DNA of 64,000 nucleotides from Mobula hypostoma (Eukaryota): NCBI RefSeq assembly GCF_963921235.1, contig NC_086097.1, forward strand, positions 70,000,001 through 70,064,000, given 5' to 3'. How positions within the stretch are numbered: position 1 is the first letter of the stretch; every line of letters starts with the position of its first letter. Shown in pieces: positions 1 through 13,161 of this stretch. The notes beneath the pieces were generated by a model. That model made no database searches, was not told the DNA's origin, and saw only the letters and a list, made by a program, of their open reading frames with translations. Position numbers and translations under genes: made by a program.

Positions 1-488
1 TTCCCAATACTTCTTTGGAACAAGTTATTTTTCTGGTGTAGTGCTGGACGTCAGACCAACTGCAAGCTCTGTGATATTGAGAGATGGTGGCGAGGCCCAA
101 GTGGGTGAGAAGTGGGGTGATCCCTGAGATTGTCAATGGATAGTGATGCTGAATTTTGCCTGGAGAGGAAGGGACATTGGAAGTGTAGGCAATTGTGACT
201 GGATAGAAACTTCTGAAGACAGTTTAAAGTTGATGAGGGATGGCGATGTGGCCAACCATGTCAAGGAATGAATAGAAGCAATTCACCTTTGTCATATTAT
301 GTGGAGGTCAACAATGATTTTGATAACAACTGTTTTAGCAATTTGATTGGAAGAGTTTCAGGTGAGGAATTTCGGATGTGCACCTGAGGACTTTGGACTA
401 GGAAAGTGAATTGGAAGTGGAGTGATTGAGACAAGAGCAGTGGTGTCAATGTTTTATTTTGTCCTGAGAAGATGATTGATATTTCTTC

Positions 489-1042
489 TTTTCAAATCTT
501 TTTATTATTATCCAAAATTAAGAGTACATTGAAGTAGGCAAGACTTACAATGTCTCAAGAGAAAAAAAAACATTGTTTAAAAGATTGAAAAACATTTTGG
601 TGACAAAAAAGGAGAAAAAACCCTACTAAAGCAAAGAAAAGTGATAAAAAAAAACCCGTTAGGTTTTCAACCCTGGAGCCATGCGTCATACAAAAAGCTT
701 CTAAAGATAAACATCAACCGCCAGCAAGAAAAAAAAATGTACCAAAAATTTACAATTAGATCATGGAGGAAATCTATCAATTAATTCAAATGATAGTAAC
801 GAGCAAATGAACTCCATCTTTTCTCAAAATCAAACATAGGTTCAAAGGTTTGACTTCTAATTTTCTCCAAACTAAGACATGGCCTCACTTGAGAGAACCA
901 TTGTGACAAAATAGGAGCCGACGTATCCTTCCGCTTCAACAAAATGGCCCTCCTAGTTATCAATGTAATAGATGCAATAATGTGTTGGTCAGACAAAGAG
1001 ATACCGCGGATACTTTGAGGAATTATTCCAAAAAACACAGTT
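489..1042 (-). mobile_element. 5'-truncated L1-clade LINE (ORF2 C-terminus and 3' UTR)
   Basis: ORF 781-1038 (..RRAILLKRKD..QWFSQV..LSLEKIR..RW..F) resembles a fish L1 ORF2 C-terminus. AATAAA and A-rich end lie on the minus strand. 16-bp TSD TGATTGATATTTCTTC at 473-488 and 1043-1058. Confidence 0.85.
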
Positions 1043-1585
1043 TGATTGATATTTCTTCATTAGAGGAGAGAGATAAACAACTAATAACATATTCTAGGAT
1101 TTTGCAAGGAAATTACAATACAAAATAATCACTGCCATGACAGCCAATGTTTCCCGGTGAGTCTCTCTGTAACTTCAGGATTTTTGCATAAGTGTGGAAG
1201 TCCTAAGGTTTTTAAGTTGTTAGTTAGCAGATTTGTTGACTGAGAATTTAGTGAGGGACCTTGAATTTCCTGTGGGTCCTCACCACTTAGAGGGGAATTT
1301 CCTCAAGCAAACTTTGCGAAGGATGTATTTGAGGAAGAACAACCTCCCAATTTATTGCCACTGAAAAAAAAATCAGCTGCGAAGGATAAAGTTAACTATT
1401 AGTTTATAAGTTATTAAAATTATGTTTGCAACTTACATTTTTAAAAATGGTATTTTAAAATAGTTTCAAATTGTTTGAATAATTTTTAGCTGTTAAATAT
1501 TTCTGAATGTCAGAAACATTTGTAGTTGCTTTAAGCTTTGGCTTCGGTGCTTTTTAGGGAGGGCTGCCTCAAAGGTTTCCCTGGT

Positions 1586-1710
1586 GTGAAAGGTTATGGG
1601 AAGATCTCATGAGAATGGGGTTGAGGGGGAAAACAAATCAGCCATGATTGTATGGCTTAGCAGACTCCACAGACTGAATGGCCTAATTCTGCTCCTTTGC
1701 CTCATGGTTT
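1586..1710 (+). mobile_element. CR1 LINE 3' tail fragment
   Basis: ggttatggg..gaatggggttgag..cagccatg..gaatggcctaattctgctcct motif, shared with the CR1 3' ends elsewhere in the window. Confidence 0.65.
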
Positions 1711-1775
1711 CCAAATTGCAGGCAGCAGCAGGGCCCTTAGAGTGCTGGAAAAAGGCTAAACAAGTTATTGATATA

Positions 1776-1979
1776 TCAGCAGGCCAGGCAGCATCCATGG
1801 AAAAAAAGCACAGTCGACATTTTGGGCTGAAAACCCTTTGGCAGGAGTTCTGCCGAAGGGTTTTGTCTTGAAACTTTGACTGTGGTTTTTTCCATGGATG
1901 CTGCCTGGCCTACTGAGATCCTCCAGCATTTTGTGTGTGTTGCTCAGATTTCCAGCATCTGCTGATTTTCTCTTGTTTG
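1776..1979. mobile_element. Palindromic mini-element derived from a Penelope terminal repeat
   Basis: cagcaggccaggcagcatccatggaaaaaa and ttttttccatggatgctgcctggcc form inverted arms. The sequence matches the terminal region of the Penelope copies at 40570-40680 and 54350-54490. Confidence 0.7.
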
Positions 1980-2060
1980 TTATCTATATGTCTGTCCTTT
2001 GGATTTAAGGAAGCAGAGAGGACAACTATATCAGTGAGACTGACTATAATTACAGATAAC

Positions 2061-2240
2061 AAGCAACACACATAAAAAATGCTGGTGAACGCAGCAGGAC
2101 TGATGAAGGATCTCGGCCCGAAACGTCGACTGTACCTCTTCCTATAGATGCTGCCTGGCCTGCTGCGTTCACCAGCATTTTTTTTTAATGTGTGTGTTGC
2201 TTGAAATTCCAGCATCTGCAGATTTCTTCGTGTTTGCGTT
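2061..2240 (+). mobile_element. Penelope terminal-repeat fragment with inverted 5' copy
   Basis: aagcaacacaca..gctggtgaacgcagcagg is the reverse complement of cctgctgcgttcaccagc..gtgtgttgctt. The central part is near-identical to 40582-40680. Confidence 0.75.
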
Positions 2241-3499
2241 ATAATTACAGATATTGCTTTAAGAGATTAAAGGCATCAATAGAGAGGGGAGGATGTAACA
2301 GTGGATGAGAAATGGAGGCCAAAAGGTTAGTGAAGTGAGACAATAATAAGATAAGTGAATTGCATGAGTCTGCCAGTAGTGCAAATAGAATGGTTTCTAG
2401 TGTGAGATAGGTTGTGAGGTAAAATAAATGAATGGAATGGTGCACACTTGTCCTCACACTTACTTTCTGTGTTGTCGAGGGACTGACAGAGGTGGAGGAT
2501 GTGCATGGCCCGTCCTGGAATACCCTGATGGCCTTTTGACAGGACGTTCATTCCAGTGAACTTTTTAAAAAAAAATATATTATTGAACATATTCAAAAAC
2601 ATTTCAAATCAAGTTCAGCCTTTAAATATTTGGAAAAAAAATGATACATTTACTTAAAATTCTGAAGTAGAAATTAAAAACAAAGTGAAAAAAAATGAAC
2701 AGACCATTTACTGCACTTCTCTTTTCAATCAAATGAATTGCCTGACCCTGGCATAAAGTTGAGGGATCAGGTACTAAATAACCTGGTGCCTCAACATGTC
2801 CATGGTGTTGCTGACACCAGGATTTGGAACTGAGATGAGACCTGACCTACAGGGAATATTGCTGATGTTTCTGTTTGATACAGCTGGAAATGGAAGTGCA
2901 TTTAGGCACAATAAGCTGATTCGTGATGCCAGTACGATTGAAAAGAGGTTCCAGTTATATGGAAGGGAAGACTAATATACAGAGGGAACAATTTGTTTAA
3001 GGTAGAGACCACTAGGATGGGGTGGAGTTTAAAATGTCAGATGAGATGGTGTTCAGTGCAGAAGGTGCAAAAGAAAAGTGAACATTTTTATTGTAGTGTA
3101 GGGGAGGGTAGACTTTAAATGAGGAAGAAATGGAATGGAACTTGCACCTCATAGAGTCTTACCATTGTACCGAGGCATCAGCCTGAAGTTTCACATGCAA
3201 ATATTCCCAACTAGTTGCCTCAGAGAAAGGGACACCCCAAATGAGCGACAGTCTGCTGCACTGATCCTCTGTGCATTTAATTATTTGGTTTAAATAATGC
3301 AGTTCAAAGCTGTTTATAATTTAAATTTACTGGCACAAGCTGCTTCAGTTAAACTCGAAAGCTTGTTTACAACTCATTCCTTGCCAAGAGATGGATAGCA
3401 GACACTGAACCTTAGAATAAGATGGGTCCTCTTCCTACTGTGCATATCACTGGCGAGAGCTGTCATTTGCCCTGGGCGTCGTGAAAGAGAGCTCTTAAG

Positions 3500-4135
3500 G
3501 GGCAGGGGAGGATAAACATGTAGAGGGAGGCGGGGAGGAGAGCAGTCGGAGATAAAATGTGAAGGAGAGTTACAAGGGGAGAAAGGGACAGGAGTAAAGA
3601 TACAGAAAGTGCAAGGGAGGACAGAGGAAGAAAGGAACAGGGTGGAGTGTGAAGAGAGGGGGAGCACGAATGGGGAGAGAAGATTCCAGGAGCTAAAGAA
3701 ACAATATGTGAGAGACAGAGAGAGCAAGAGAGGGAGAGAAAGGGAAAAGGGATACTAAATAGAGAGGGACAGAAAACACAGGGAGGCAAAGACTGGAAAC
3801 TGAGAAAGAAAATCAGTCTTAGAAAGATCATTGAAAACAAAAAAAAAAGTGCAGGAAAATCTGCAGGGAAAAGTAATATTTTCTTTAAATATGAAGATTG
3901 ATAATAAATTGCAAAAGAGGAAGCAGCAAAATGAATCAGGAAATGAATTTATAATTGGAAAAGTAAAGCAATGGAACAGAGAAGGGCAAAACTGAGCAGG
4001 AACTGTGACTAAACACAGAGCAAATGAGGGGAGCAGACAGAAACAGCATGGTGGAAGACTACAACTGAAAGGAGGCAGAACGAGAAAAACACAACAGCAA
4101 CTGGTGGAGCCAAGACTGTAACCAAGAAGCAACTA
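3500..4135. repeat. Purine (GA)-rich low-complexity tract
   Basis: Plus strand is strongly A/G-rich; the minus-strand ORFs are Leu/Ser/Phe/Pro compositional artefacts. Confidence 0.75.
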
Positions 4136-4139
4136 ACTT

Positions 4140-5809
4140 AGAGGAAGTATTGGGAATTTTTTTTTTGCATCTGTATTTACTCAGGGAATGGACAGTAAGG
4201 CAAAACAGCATCAACTTCATGGACTCTATACAGATTACAGAGGAGGAGGTGTTTGCTACCTTGAGGCAAATGATAGTGGAAAAATCTCAGAGCCTGACAA
4301 GGTGTTCCTCAGATATTGTGGGGGGCAAATGAAGAAATTGCAGCAGACTTAACAATGATATTTAAAACATCCTTGGTGGCAGGAGAAGTGCTGGAGAATT
4401 GGAGAATAGCTTATGGTGTTCTGTTTAAAAAAGGCTCTTAAAAATATACCAGGAAATTATAGACCAGTGAGCCTGACATCAGTAGTGGGAAAGTTATTGG
4501 AAGGTATTCTAAGGGACTGGATATTTGAGTTTTTGGATAGACAGGGACTAATAAGACAGTCGGCATGGCTTCATGTATGGTAGGTCGTGTCTAACCAAAC
4601 TTAGAGTTTTTCGAGGAAGTTGCCAGGAAATTGGATGAAGGCAAGGCAGTGGATATTATCCACATGGATATTAGCAAGGCTTTTGACAAGGTCCTGCATG
4701 GGAGGTTGGTCAGGAAGGTTTAGTTGCTCGGCATTTAAGAAGAGGTAGTAAATTGGATTGGACATTGTCTCTGTGGGTGAAGCCAGAGAGTGGTAGTAGA
4801 TGGTTGCCTCTCTGACAGGAGGCCTGTGCCTAGTGGAATGCCATAGGGATTGTGCTGGGTCTGTTGTTGTTTGTCATTTATAGCAACAATCTGGATGATG
4901 ATGTGGTTAACTGGATCAGCAAGTTTGCCGATGACACCACGATTCGGGGTGTAGTAGACAGCAAGGAAGACTATCATGGCTTGCAGCAGGATCGGACCAG
5001 CTGGAAGAGGAGGCTGAAAAATGACAGATGGAATTTAATGCAGACCAGTTCAAGGTGTTGTATTTCGGTAGGACCAACCAAGGTAGGTATGTAGTGAATG
5101 GTAGGCCACTGAGGAGTGTGGTAGCACAAAGGGATCTGGGAATATAGGTCCATAGTTCATTTAAAGTGGCATCACGGGTAGGTAGGGTTGTAAAGAAAGA
5201 TTTCGGCACATTAACCTTCTTAAATCAAAGTACTGAGTACAGAACATGGGATGTTATGTTGAAATTGTGTAAGACATTGGTGAAGCCTAATTTGGAGTAT
5301 TGTGTGCTGTTTTTCTCATCTACCTACAGGAAAAATGTAAACAAGGTTGAAAGAGCACAGAGAAAATGTACAAAGATGTTGCTGGGTCTGGAGGACCGGT
5401 TATATGGAAAGATAGGATAGGTTAGGATTTTTTTCCTTGGAATGTAGAAGATTGAGAGGAGACTTGATAGAGGCATACAAAATTAGGGTTATGAGGGTTA
5501 CAGATAGGGTACATGCAACCAGGCTTTTTCCACTGAGGTTGGGTGGGTCTACAACTAGAGGTCATGGGTTAAGGGTGAAAGGTGAAAAGATTAAGGAGAA
5601 CATGAAAGGAAACTTCTTCAGTCATTGGATTGTGAGAATATGGAATGAGCTGCCAGCACAAGTGGTACATACAAGCTCAAGTTCAACGTTTAAGAGAAGT
5701 TTGGATAGGTACATGGATGGTAGGGGTATAGTGCAGGTTAAATAGCTCAGCACGGATTCGATAGGTTGAAAGGCCTGTTTATATGCTGTACTGTTCCATG
5801 ATTCTATGA
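4140..5809 (+). mobile_element. Degenerate 5'-truncated CR1 LINE (RT region to 3' end)
   Basis: Fragmented ORF2 motifs NYRPVSLTSVVGK, SKFADDT, LEYCV, LRGDLIE, WNELP; many stops and frameshifts. Confidence 0.9.
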
Positions 5810-6129
5810 AATAATGATGACCAGGGAGCGCTGACGCAACAGGAAAGTAGAGAGTACCAAAAGGTTACAGAGCAAAGACCACAGATACACAGGAAAACAA
5901 ACAGCATGGCATAGATTGACATGAGAGGACAAAGCATAGGAAGTGTAGGTTAAATGCTAGGCTGATATAAACAGATTGCAGGAGAGGGAATAGAATAGAA
6001 TGCAAGGATAAAGTTAACAGATCATGGAAACTGCAAGAGGGGTGTGCAGACACGAGAGACATCAGCTAGTTCACTGACTTAGCAGGGTTCACCAGGAACT
6101 GCTGAAGTACTGCAAGCAAATCCACATTT

Positions 6130-6485
6130 ATCTGCTGTCCGCACCTGGAGAACTGTCTACAGTTCTGGACACTCTGTCATGGGAATGATGTGGTTAAGCT
6201 GGAGAGAGTGCAGAAAAGATTTACAAGGATGTTGCCAGAATGAGAGGGCCTGAGATACAGGGAGACATTGGCCAGACTAATTCTTTACTCCTTGGAGCAT
6301 AGGAGAGGGAAGTGTGACCTCACAAGGTTAATAAAATCTCGAGGCATAGATAAAATGAATGCTATTAATGTTTTCTCCAAGGTAGGAGAGTCAAAAACTA
6401 GGGGGCAGAGACTTGGGGCGAGTGGGCAGATAGTGTGTTTGGCATGTACTTGTTGGGCTGAAGCTTCTGTATTGCGCTACGTGTA
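6130..6485 (+). mobile_element. Degenerate CR1 3' fragment
   Basis: LERVQKRFTRMLP-like and YSLEHRR motifs. Confidence 0.7.
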
Positions 6486-6990
6486 ACTAATGTGCTCCAC
6501 CCCTTGAATTACCTCGGCAGTCGGTCCCACTGGCTGTCAAAGTAGGAGGAGAGATTGATAGGTGTCCATGGCATTCACAACTTCTACTACTTAAAATTCT
6601 ATTGAATTATATAAATATTAGTAATTGAAATAATAAGGACCATTAACACATTTACAAACGTAAATCAACTTAATTGAATAGTTTAAAATAAGCTGTTGTT
6701 ACCTTTCTGTCCTGTCTTTTCTGCTGGACTGCCAGCTCTTGCACCTCACATAGGTTCTCTGAGCTAATTCACAGACTAAGAGTTGGAAGGTTTGTGGAAG
6801 TTGGCTCACCCTATTGGAATCCAAAGAGTCATCTCACAGTGGAATGCAGGTACCCTCTGACAATAGATCGGCTAAGTAGAAGTTCAGGGTTCCCCCTTTT
6901 AAGGGTTCTGGACGTGCATCTCATTAACTGGGTAATGCCAGCAGGTACTCGTGGAACAGGGTATATTTAACGTGGAGGTTTTTAGATTCT

Positions 6991-7250
6991 TGGTCACAGT
7001 TGCATAGCGGTTAGCTTGACGCTATTACAGCTTGGGGCACTGGAGTTTGGTGTTCAGTCTCAGCAGCTTCTATACGTCCTTGCCATGGAATGTGTAGGCT
7101 TTCTCTCGATGCCCTGGTTTCCTCTCAGAGGAAATTAATTAGTAAGTTAATTGGTCATTGTAAATTGTCCCGTGATTAGGCTAAGGTTAATCGGGATTGA
7201 TGGGCTGCGTGGCTTAAAGGGCTGGAAGGGCTTATTCCATGCTGTATCAC
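6991..7250 (+). mobile_element. tRNA-derived SINE (V-SINE/HE1-like)
   Basis: A-box-like tagcggttag, central gttaattggtcattgtaaattgtccc domain, and LINE-like tail gggctggaagggc..gctgtatc; same family as 42680-44352. Confidence 0.65.
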
Positions 7251-7261
7251 AACAGATAGAT

Positions 7262-7402
7262 AGATAGGTAGGGGTGTCAAGGGTTATGACAGTAAGGCAG
7301 GGCAATGGGGTTGAGAAGGGAAAGAGGATCAGTCATGATCGAATGACAGAGCAGACTCAATGGGCCGAATGGCCTAATTCTGCTCCTATATTTTATGGTC
7401 TC
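7262..7402 (+). mobile_element. CR1 3' tail fragment
   Basis: ggtgtcaagggttatg..gggccgaatggcctaattctgctcctata. Confidence 0.7.
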
Positions 7403-8509
7403 AGTTCCAGCACTTCAGAAAAAATTTACCTCAGTAGATTATGGAAAGAAAGTAGTCACAACACAGATTAATAGAGGGTAAAGTTCAACAGTTTATATTT
7501 TTCAGTTATCATAGATAAATGACATTAATTTAATTATTTTAATGATACTTTTGAAAGAGTAAGATGGATTACTCTTGTTGTTAAACAAATACTGATAATG
7601 ACCAAACTGAACAGCACTTGGAACAGCTTTGGCTAAGGCTGCTTCATCTAATGGATGGCCATATTCCCCAAAGTACAAACTGCTCTTACTGATAACAATA
7701 TTTTCCATATACCTTTCCACTTGCCCGACACCGGACCCTAGCCCTGAGTCAACGTAGTAGTACCTTGCTTACTTTTGCTGGATGTTGCCTAATGTTTCTA
7801 TGTTTATCTTTGATGTAGCTGATCTTAAATACATTCTGCTCAGACTTATAACTTTATAAGCAATAGTTAACTGGTGTGGACTTGAAGTTTATTATTTCAG
7901 TTAAGCGCATTTAAAAGCAGTAGAATTTCATTAAGTTGTTCAACCAATACAATTGAAGACTAACAATCTAATAATGATGAAAATACCATGAATCACAAAA
8001 TAGAATTAGGTTATTATAATATTATAAAAATAAGTTACAGCTGGGTTCACAAAAATAGGGTATTTTATTCCATTTCTTAAACCTGTTAACATTTCTATTG
8101 TTACTTAATGGATGACAACGTATTTTGAACTTTAGATTTTGACAGCTACCATCTTTTACCGCAACCTTCTGTTGCACTATCCTTCTCAGCAACATGACCT
8201 TATCTATAAAATCACAGATATTAATAGTATCTGCTTAAATAAAAGCAGAGATTATAGTTTGAAATTGCATCCAAATGGCCGGTTGCTGCTTGCTTCAGTT
8301 ACCAGTCCCCATTCCAATTGCTATGAGTAAATTAACTTAATGTTGTATATATTAAAAGAGTATAAACTCTAATGAACTACTACAGAACCAATTAAGTTCA
8401 ATAAGAATTTCTTTTTCCAAATCTTTTACTATAGTATTACTGGACCCATCTAATGCCACAGTAAGAATTAAATGATTAACTTGTTTCTTCAAAAAGGGAG
8501 CAGGAACCT

Positions 8510-8745
8510 CTGCAGACCAGATGAATTACACCCCAGGGTTCTGAAAGAGGTAGATGAAGAGATTGCGGAGGCATTAGCAGTTATCTTTCAAGATTCTAGA
8601 ATGGTTCAGCAGGACTGGAAATTGCAAATATCACCTCACTTTTTCAGAAGGGAGGGAGGCAAAACACAAAAAATTATATTCCAAGTAGTCTGACCAGCGG
8701 TTGGGAAGATGCTGGTGTCCATTATTAAGGATGAGGTTTTGGGGT
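8510..8745 (+). mobile_element. CR1 ORF2 fragment
   Basis: PDELHPRVLKEV..EIAEALAVIFQ motif. Confidence 0.75.
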
Positions 8746-8990
8746 TGTTGTGTATTTAATATTTCAGTAATATTTGAGTAATATTGTAAATATATTGTTT
8801 GATTAAGCATTCTTTTTTGTTTGCATTATTCATTAAGGGTTATATGTAAAAGTCCATGAATGGCATACGTCATTATGCCACCACATCATAAGTCTGTGCT
8901 TCACTAAAGAAAGAATGGAGTAGACACATTTTTCTTGGCCCTGTGTTTTTTTTTCCTATTAGCTTCATGTTTTGGAGTTACAAAACATAA
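8746..8990 (+). repeat. 5' LTR of the Gypsy element
   Basis: Starts TG; reverse-complement homologue of 58713-58955. Confidence 0.8.
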
Positions 8991-11708
8991 AAAAAAGCAA
9001 TGTTTTTAAACTAACCTACCTGTTGAAGCTCAACGAGATGTTCAAGTTTTAAAAAAGCACAACACGCTTTCTTCACAGGTGGTGAGAAATGGTTGAGTAA
9101 AAAAATTGTAGCATTGGTTGCGACAGCGAGAGACAACCAAGTTGAGTTTTAAAAAAGGGTAGAAAATGGATGAAATTCACAGGTTCATCAACAGTGAGTA
9201 CCAGGTAATAATAATAACAAAGAAAGAAAGCAGAAATAGTTGGCTACATTGGAAATATAGACACATTCATTTGCACAAAAGTTAACTGGAATATGCATAG
9301 TGAGTGAATTAGCAGTATTTTGAAGCAATTGAAACTGGCAATGCAAAGCGAGTGCCAATGTTACCAAATGTAATAAGAGGAAAAAACATACAGTTTGCTT
9401 AGAAGATTAACTGCTCCAACCAAACCAGCTGAAATGAGTTTTACTGTTATTATGAAAGTAACGTGAAAACATTTAGAACCAAAACCGTTGCTGATTGCAG
9501 AATGCTTCAGGTTTCACAAGCAGAATCAAAAGGGGAGTTCATTTCAGCTTATGGCAAAATCGAAGAGATTTTCTGAGCATTGTCAGTTCAGTAATGGGCT
9601 TAATACACTGAGGGATTATTTAATTTGTCAAATCTTACAAGGATGGCTTGTAACGGAAGCACAACTCACATTTAAAAGAGCAGTTGAAATTGGTGTATCA
9701 ATGGAAACAACAGTAAGAGATGTAATTGAGTTACAGTCAGAAATGAAAGCGAGTGTGAACAAAATTTCAATGCTAAACAGAAACCTGCCTGGGTGAACAA
9801 ATTATGTTACTGTTGTAGTACGGGCTCACATACACCAGACCTATACAGGTTTAAAGGCGAAATGTGCAGAAAATGCAACAAAATAAGACACACATGAAGA
9901 GCATATTGGGCAAACAAACATAAATTGACTGCACAGGGAAGAGAAAAAAAATAAAAAGGCAAGTTGCAGTTCCAAAAGGAACACTAATCTGCCTGCTATT
10001 GATGAAAAATCTGACAATGATGAGAGTGCCTCAGAACTCTCTAGTAGTGAATGGAAATGAATTAAAATGGTTTGGCTGTTTCAGTAAAATGAATTTGAAT
10101 GTCAAAGATACTGAACTGAAGCCTGCAGATATTCAACTAAGAACTTATACCGGAGATAAGATAACTCATGTGGGATTGACATTCAGAACAGTGAAATACA
10201 GCAACTATCAAGCCACATTGGACTTATATGTTGTAAGAACAGCAGCTGGGGGGGGGGGGCGGTGGATGAAAGTGGTCGAGACAGCTACAACTTGCTTGGA
10301 GATGCATCCACAACTTCCATGTCACATCACCTGCAATAGAGTCAACTGAAAGCAAACTAAGAAAGAAACTGGATGGTGCCCCAGTAGTGTTCAAGGATGG
10401 CATGGGAAAACTCAAATATATCAAGGATAAAATGATGTTAAATGAAAATGCCACACCAAAGTTTTACAAAGCCCAGCCAGTTCCTTACGCCATTCGTGAT
10501 AAAGTAGCCAGTGAGCTAGACTGCATGGAGGCTGAAGGAATTCTTTCCATTTGTTGACTGGAGCCCATGGGCAACGCCATTGTTCCCAGTAACCAAGAAG
10601 AATGGGTCTGTCAGGATCTGTGGTGATTTTAAGGTCACCAACAACCCAGTACCTAAAGTAGATCAATACCCTTTGCCCAGGATAGAAAATACCTTTACAA
10701 CCCTTTCTGGAGGAAAACACTTCACTTGCCTACAGATGGGATGGAAGAAGGTTCTGAAGAATCCATAAAGGTCTTTATTGCTAAAATGGGCGTACTTTTG
10801 GAGTAGCATCTGCAGTTGCACTCTGGTACAGGTGCTGCAAGGCTGCCCAAGCACTCACTGTTACCTGGGTAACATCATTGTTACTGTTGGGGATAACAGT
10901 GAACACTCCAAAATCTCAAGACAGTGTTAAAAAGATTAGAAGATTTTGGGCTCAGAGCATTATGCAACAAGTGTGAATTCCTTAAACCAAGCATCACTTA
11001 TTGTAGTCATGCCATTGATGCACAAGGATTACACAAGTGTGCTGAGAAAGTTTAAGCAGTGGTGGATATTCCAAGGCCAAAAGACATATCACAGTTATAG
11101 TCCTTTTTAGGATTTGTCAGATACCGTACCAGATACCTGCCAAACCTGGCTACTGTGCTCCACCCCTTGAACTCGACACTGCAGGTCAAGAAGAAGTGAC
11201 AATGGACAGAACAGTGTGAGGCTGCTTTCCAAAAGGCCAAAGGAAATGATGACATCAGACACTGTATTCACACATTATGATCCACATTGTCCATTGAATC
11301 TTGCCTGTGATGCTTGGCCTTATCGTATAGGAGCAGACATGTTACATGTTATGAGTGATGGAAGTGAACATCCACAGCCTTTGCACCACGTTCCCTTACT
11401 GCTGCAGAGAAAGATTACGCACAGATTGACAGAGAGGCCTTGAGTCTAGTTTGGAGTTTAAAACATTTCAAGCAGTACTTGTATGGGTGAGAGTTACCCT
11501 CATTACTGATCATCAACCTGGCAGAGGATTATGTGGATTTTGCCAGACCATTCATGGGCACAAATTTCTCAGTAGTTATGGATGCAGCTACAAAGTGCCT
11601 AGAAGGGTTCCCAGTAGTCTCCACTACAGCCTCACACACTGTTGATGTGTTGAGAAGCCTCTTCAAGGACTGGTGTTCCAGAACACTTAGTCAGTGACAA
11701 TGGACCAC

Positions 11709-13161
11709 TGTGTACATACATCTATTGATGCTTCTGGACACATCTTCAGTGATGTTCCTGGAATCATCGGGTGTTTCAGGTCTTTCAACATCATACAATC
11801 TCCTCCAGGTGACCCAGCCGGGGCTGATCAGACCCCAGCTTGTGTCCAGATGGCTAGCTACTTATGACTCCATGGCTCCCCTCTTTTGAGCCACAGCCAT
11901 CTTGAGGCCCTCTCTACCACATTGGTGGTACTGCGGATGGCTCTCCTCTTCCTCTCTCCCTCGCTACCCAAAATGCTGAAGGCTCTAACTAAAGAACGGG
12001 CTACGAATCCCCTACAACCAACCTCCACTGGGAGACACCTCGCTCTCCATCCAGCCTGCTGACAGTTGCTGACCAGTCCTGCGTACTTGGAGAGCTTCCT
12101 TTCAAAGGCCTCCTCCAAGCTATCTTCCCATGGGACTGTCAGCTCCAGCAGCACCACTTGCTTAGTAGACTCAGACACTAGGGCAATGTCTGGTCGTAGG
12201 GTGGTGGCTGCGATATGGTTAGGGAACTTCAGCTGCCATTCGAGGTCCACCAACAGCTGCCAGTCCCTTGCAGAGGTCAGAATGCCTGCAGATGTTCTTT
12301 TGGCAGGTATTGGCTGCTCCCCAGCTCTGACAAAGGCAACGGTCTGCTTGGAGGGTCAGGACTGCTTCACCCACTCAACTCCTGCTCGGACAGCTTCAGC
12401 GATGGTCTTCAGGACCTGATCATGCCTCCACCTGTACCGTCCCTTACCAAGTGCCCTTCAACAGCCGCTGAGGATGTGCTCCAGGGTTCCTTGCTTGGAG
12501 CACAGTGGGCACGCAGATGACTCTGCCTTACCCCATTTGTGCAGGTTTGATGGGCTTGGAAGCACACCGTACACTGCCTGGATGAGAAATTGGATGCGGT
12601 GTGCTTCGGCTTTCCAAAGATCAGCCCAGGTCACTTTCCTCTCAACCGCATTCTCCCATCTTGTCCAAGCTCCCTTTTGCTTCATTCCCACCACCTTGCA
12701 GGCTCTCATCTCCTCCACTACTGCTCTCATCTCCTCCTGAACTAGACGACACCTTTCCTTTCCTCTGGTGTCCATTTGGGGAGTTGGAAAGGATCCTAGC
12801 CCAGCTCGGCCTCGTGTGACCACTCCCACCAGCCTCCTGTGACGCAGCCTCACCTCTGCCTCCTGAACAGCTTCCTCTGCCCTCCACTTCCTGCCAGTAC
12901 TTACTTGGATCCCTGCTCTAGCCACCTTCGGGTCACTTGAGTCCCTATACTGTAGCACTTCTCTGGCTGTTGTTACCTTGAATTCTTCCTCCAAGGATTT
13001 GAAGGGCAGTTGCAGTTTGTTGTGGTGTCCATAGAGTGCGATGCTGCTCAGGCTCTTTGGCAGCCCCAGCCATCTCCTGAGGTGGTTGCTAACCCTCCTC
13101 TCTAAGGTTTCAACTGTCAAGATTGGAACTGCATAGACGAGGAGGGGCCACAGGATTCTGG
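11709..13161 (-). mobile_element. 5'-truncated non-LTR retrotransposon with restriction-like endonuclease (Hero/R2 group)
   Basis: CCHC knuckle CPLCSKQGTLEHILSGC and PD-(D/E)xK endonuclease RPDIALVSESTKQVVLLELTVPWED..K..KY (ORFs 12458-13120 and 11858-12253). 28-bp TSD at 11681-11708 and 13162-13189. Confidence 0.9.

Noticed and set aside
3374..4132. Hydrophobic membrane-protein-like ORFs
   Set aside because: Artefacts of the purine/pyrimidine-skewed low-complexity tract
6991..7070. tRNA gene
   Set aside because: Degenerate tRNA-like SINE head followed by SINE body and tail; no cloverleaf evident
7502..7770. Possible coding exon (YYYVDSGLGSGVGQVER..)
   Set aside because: No polypyrimidine tract before the AG and no recognisable protein
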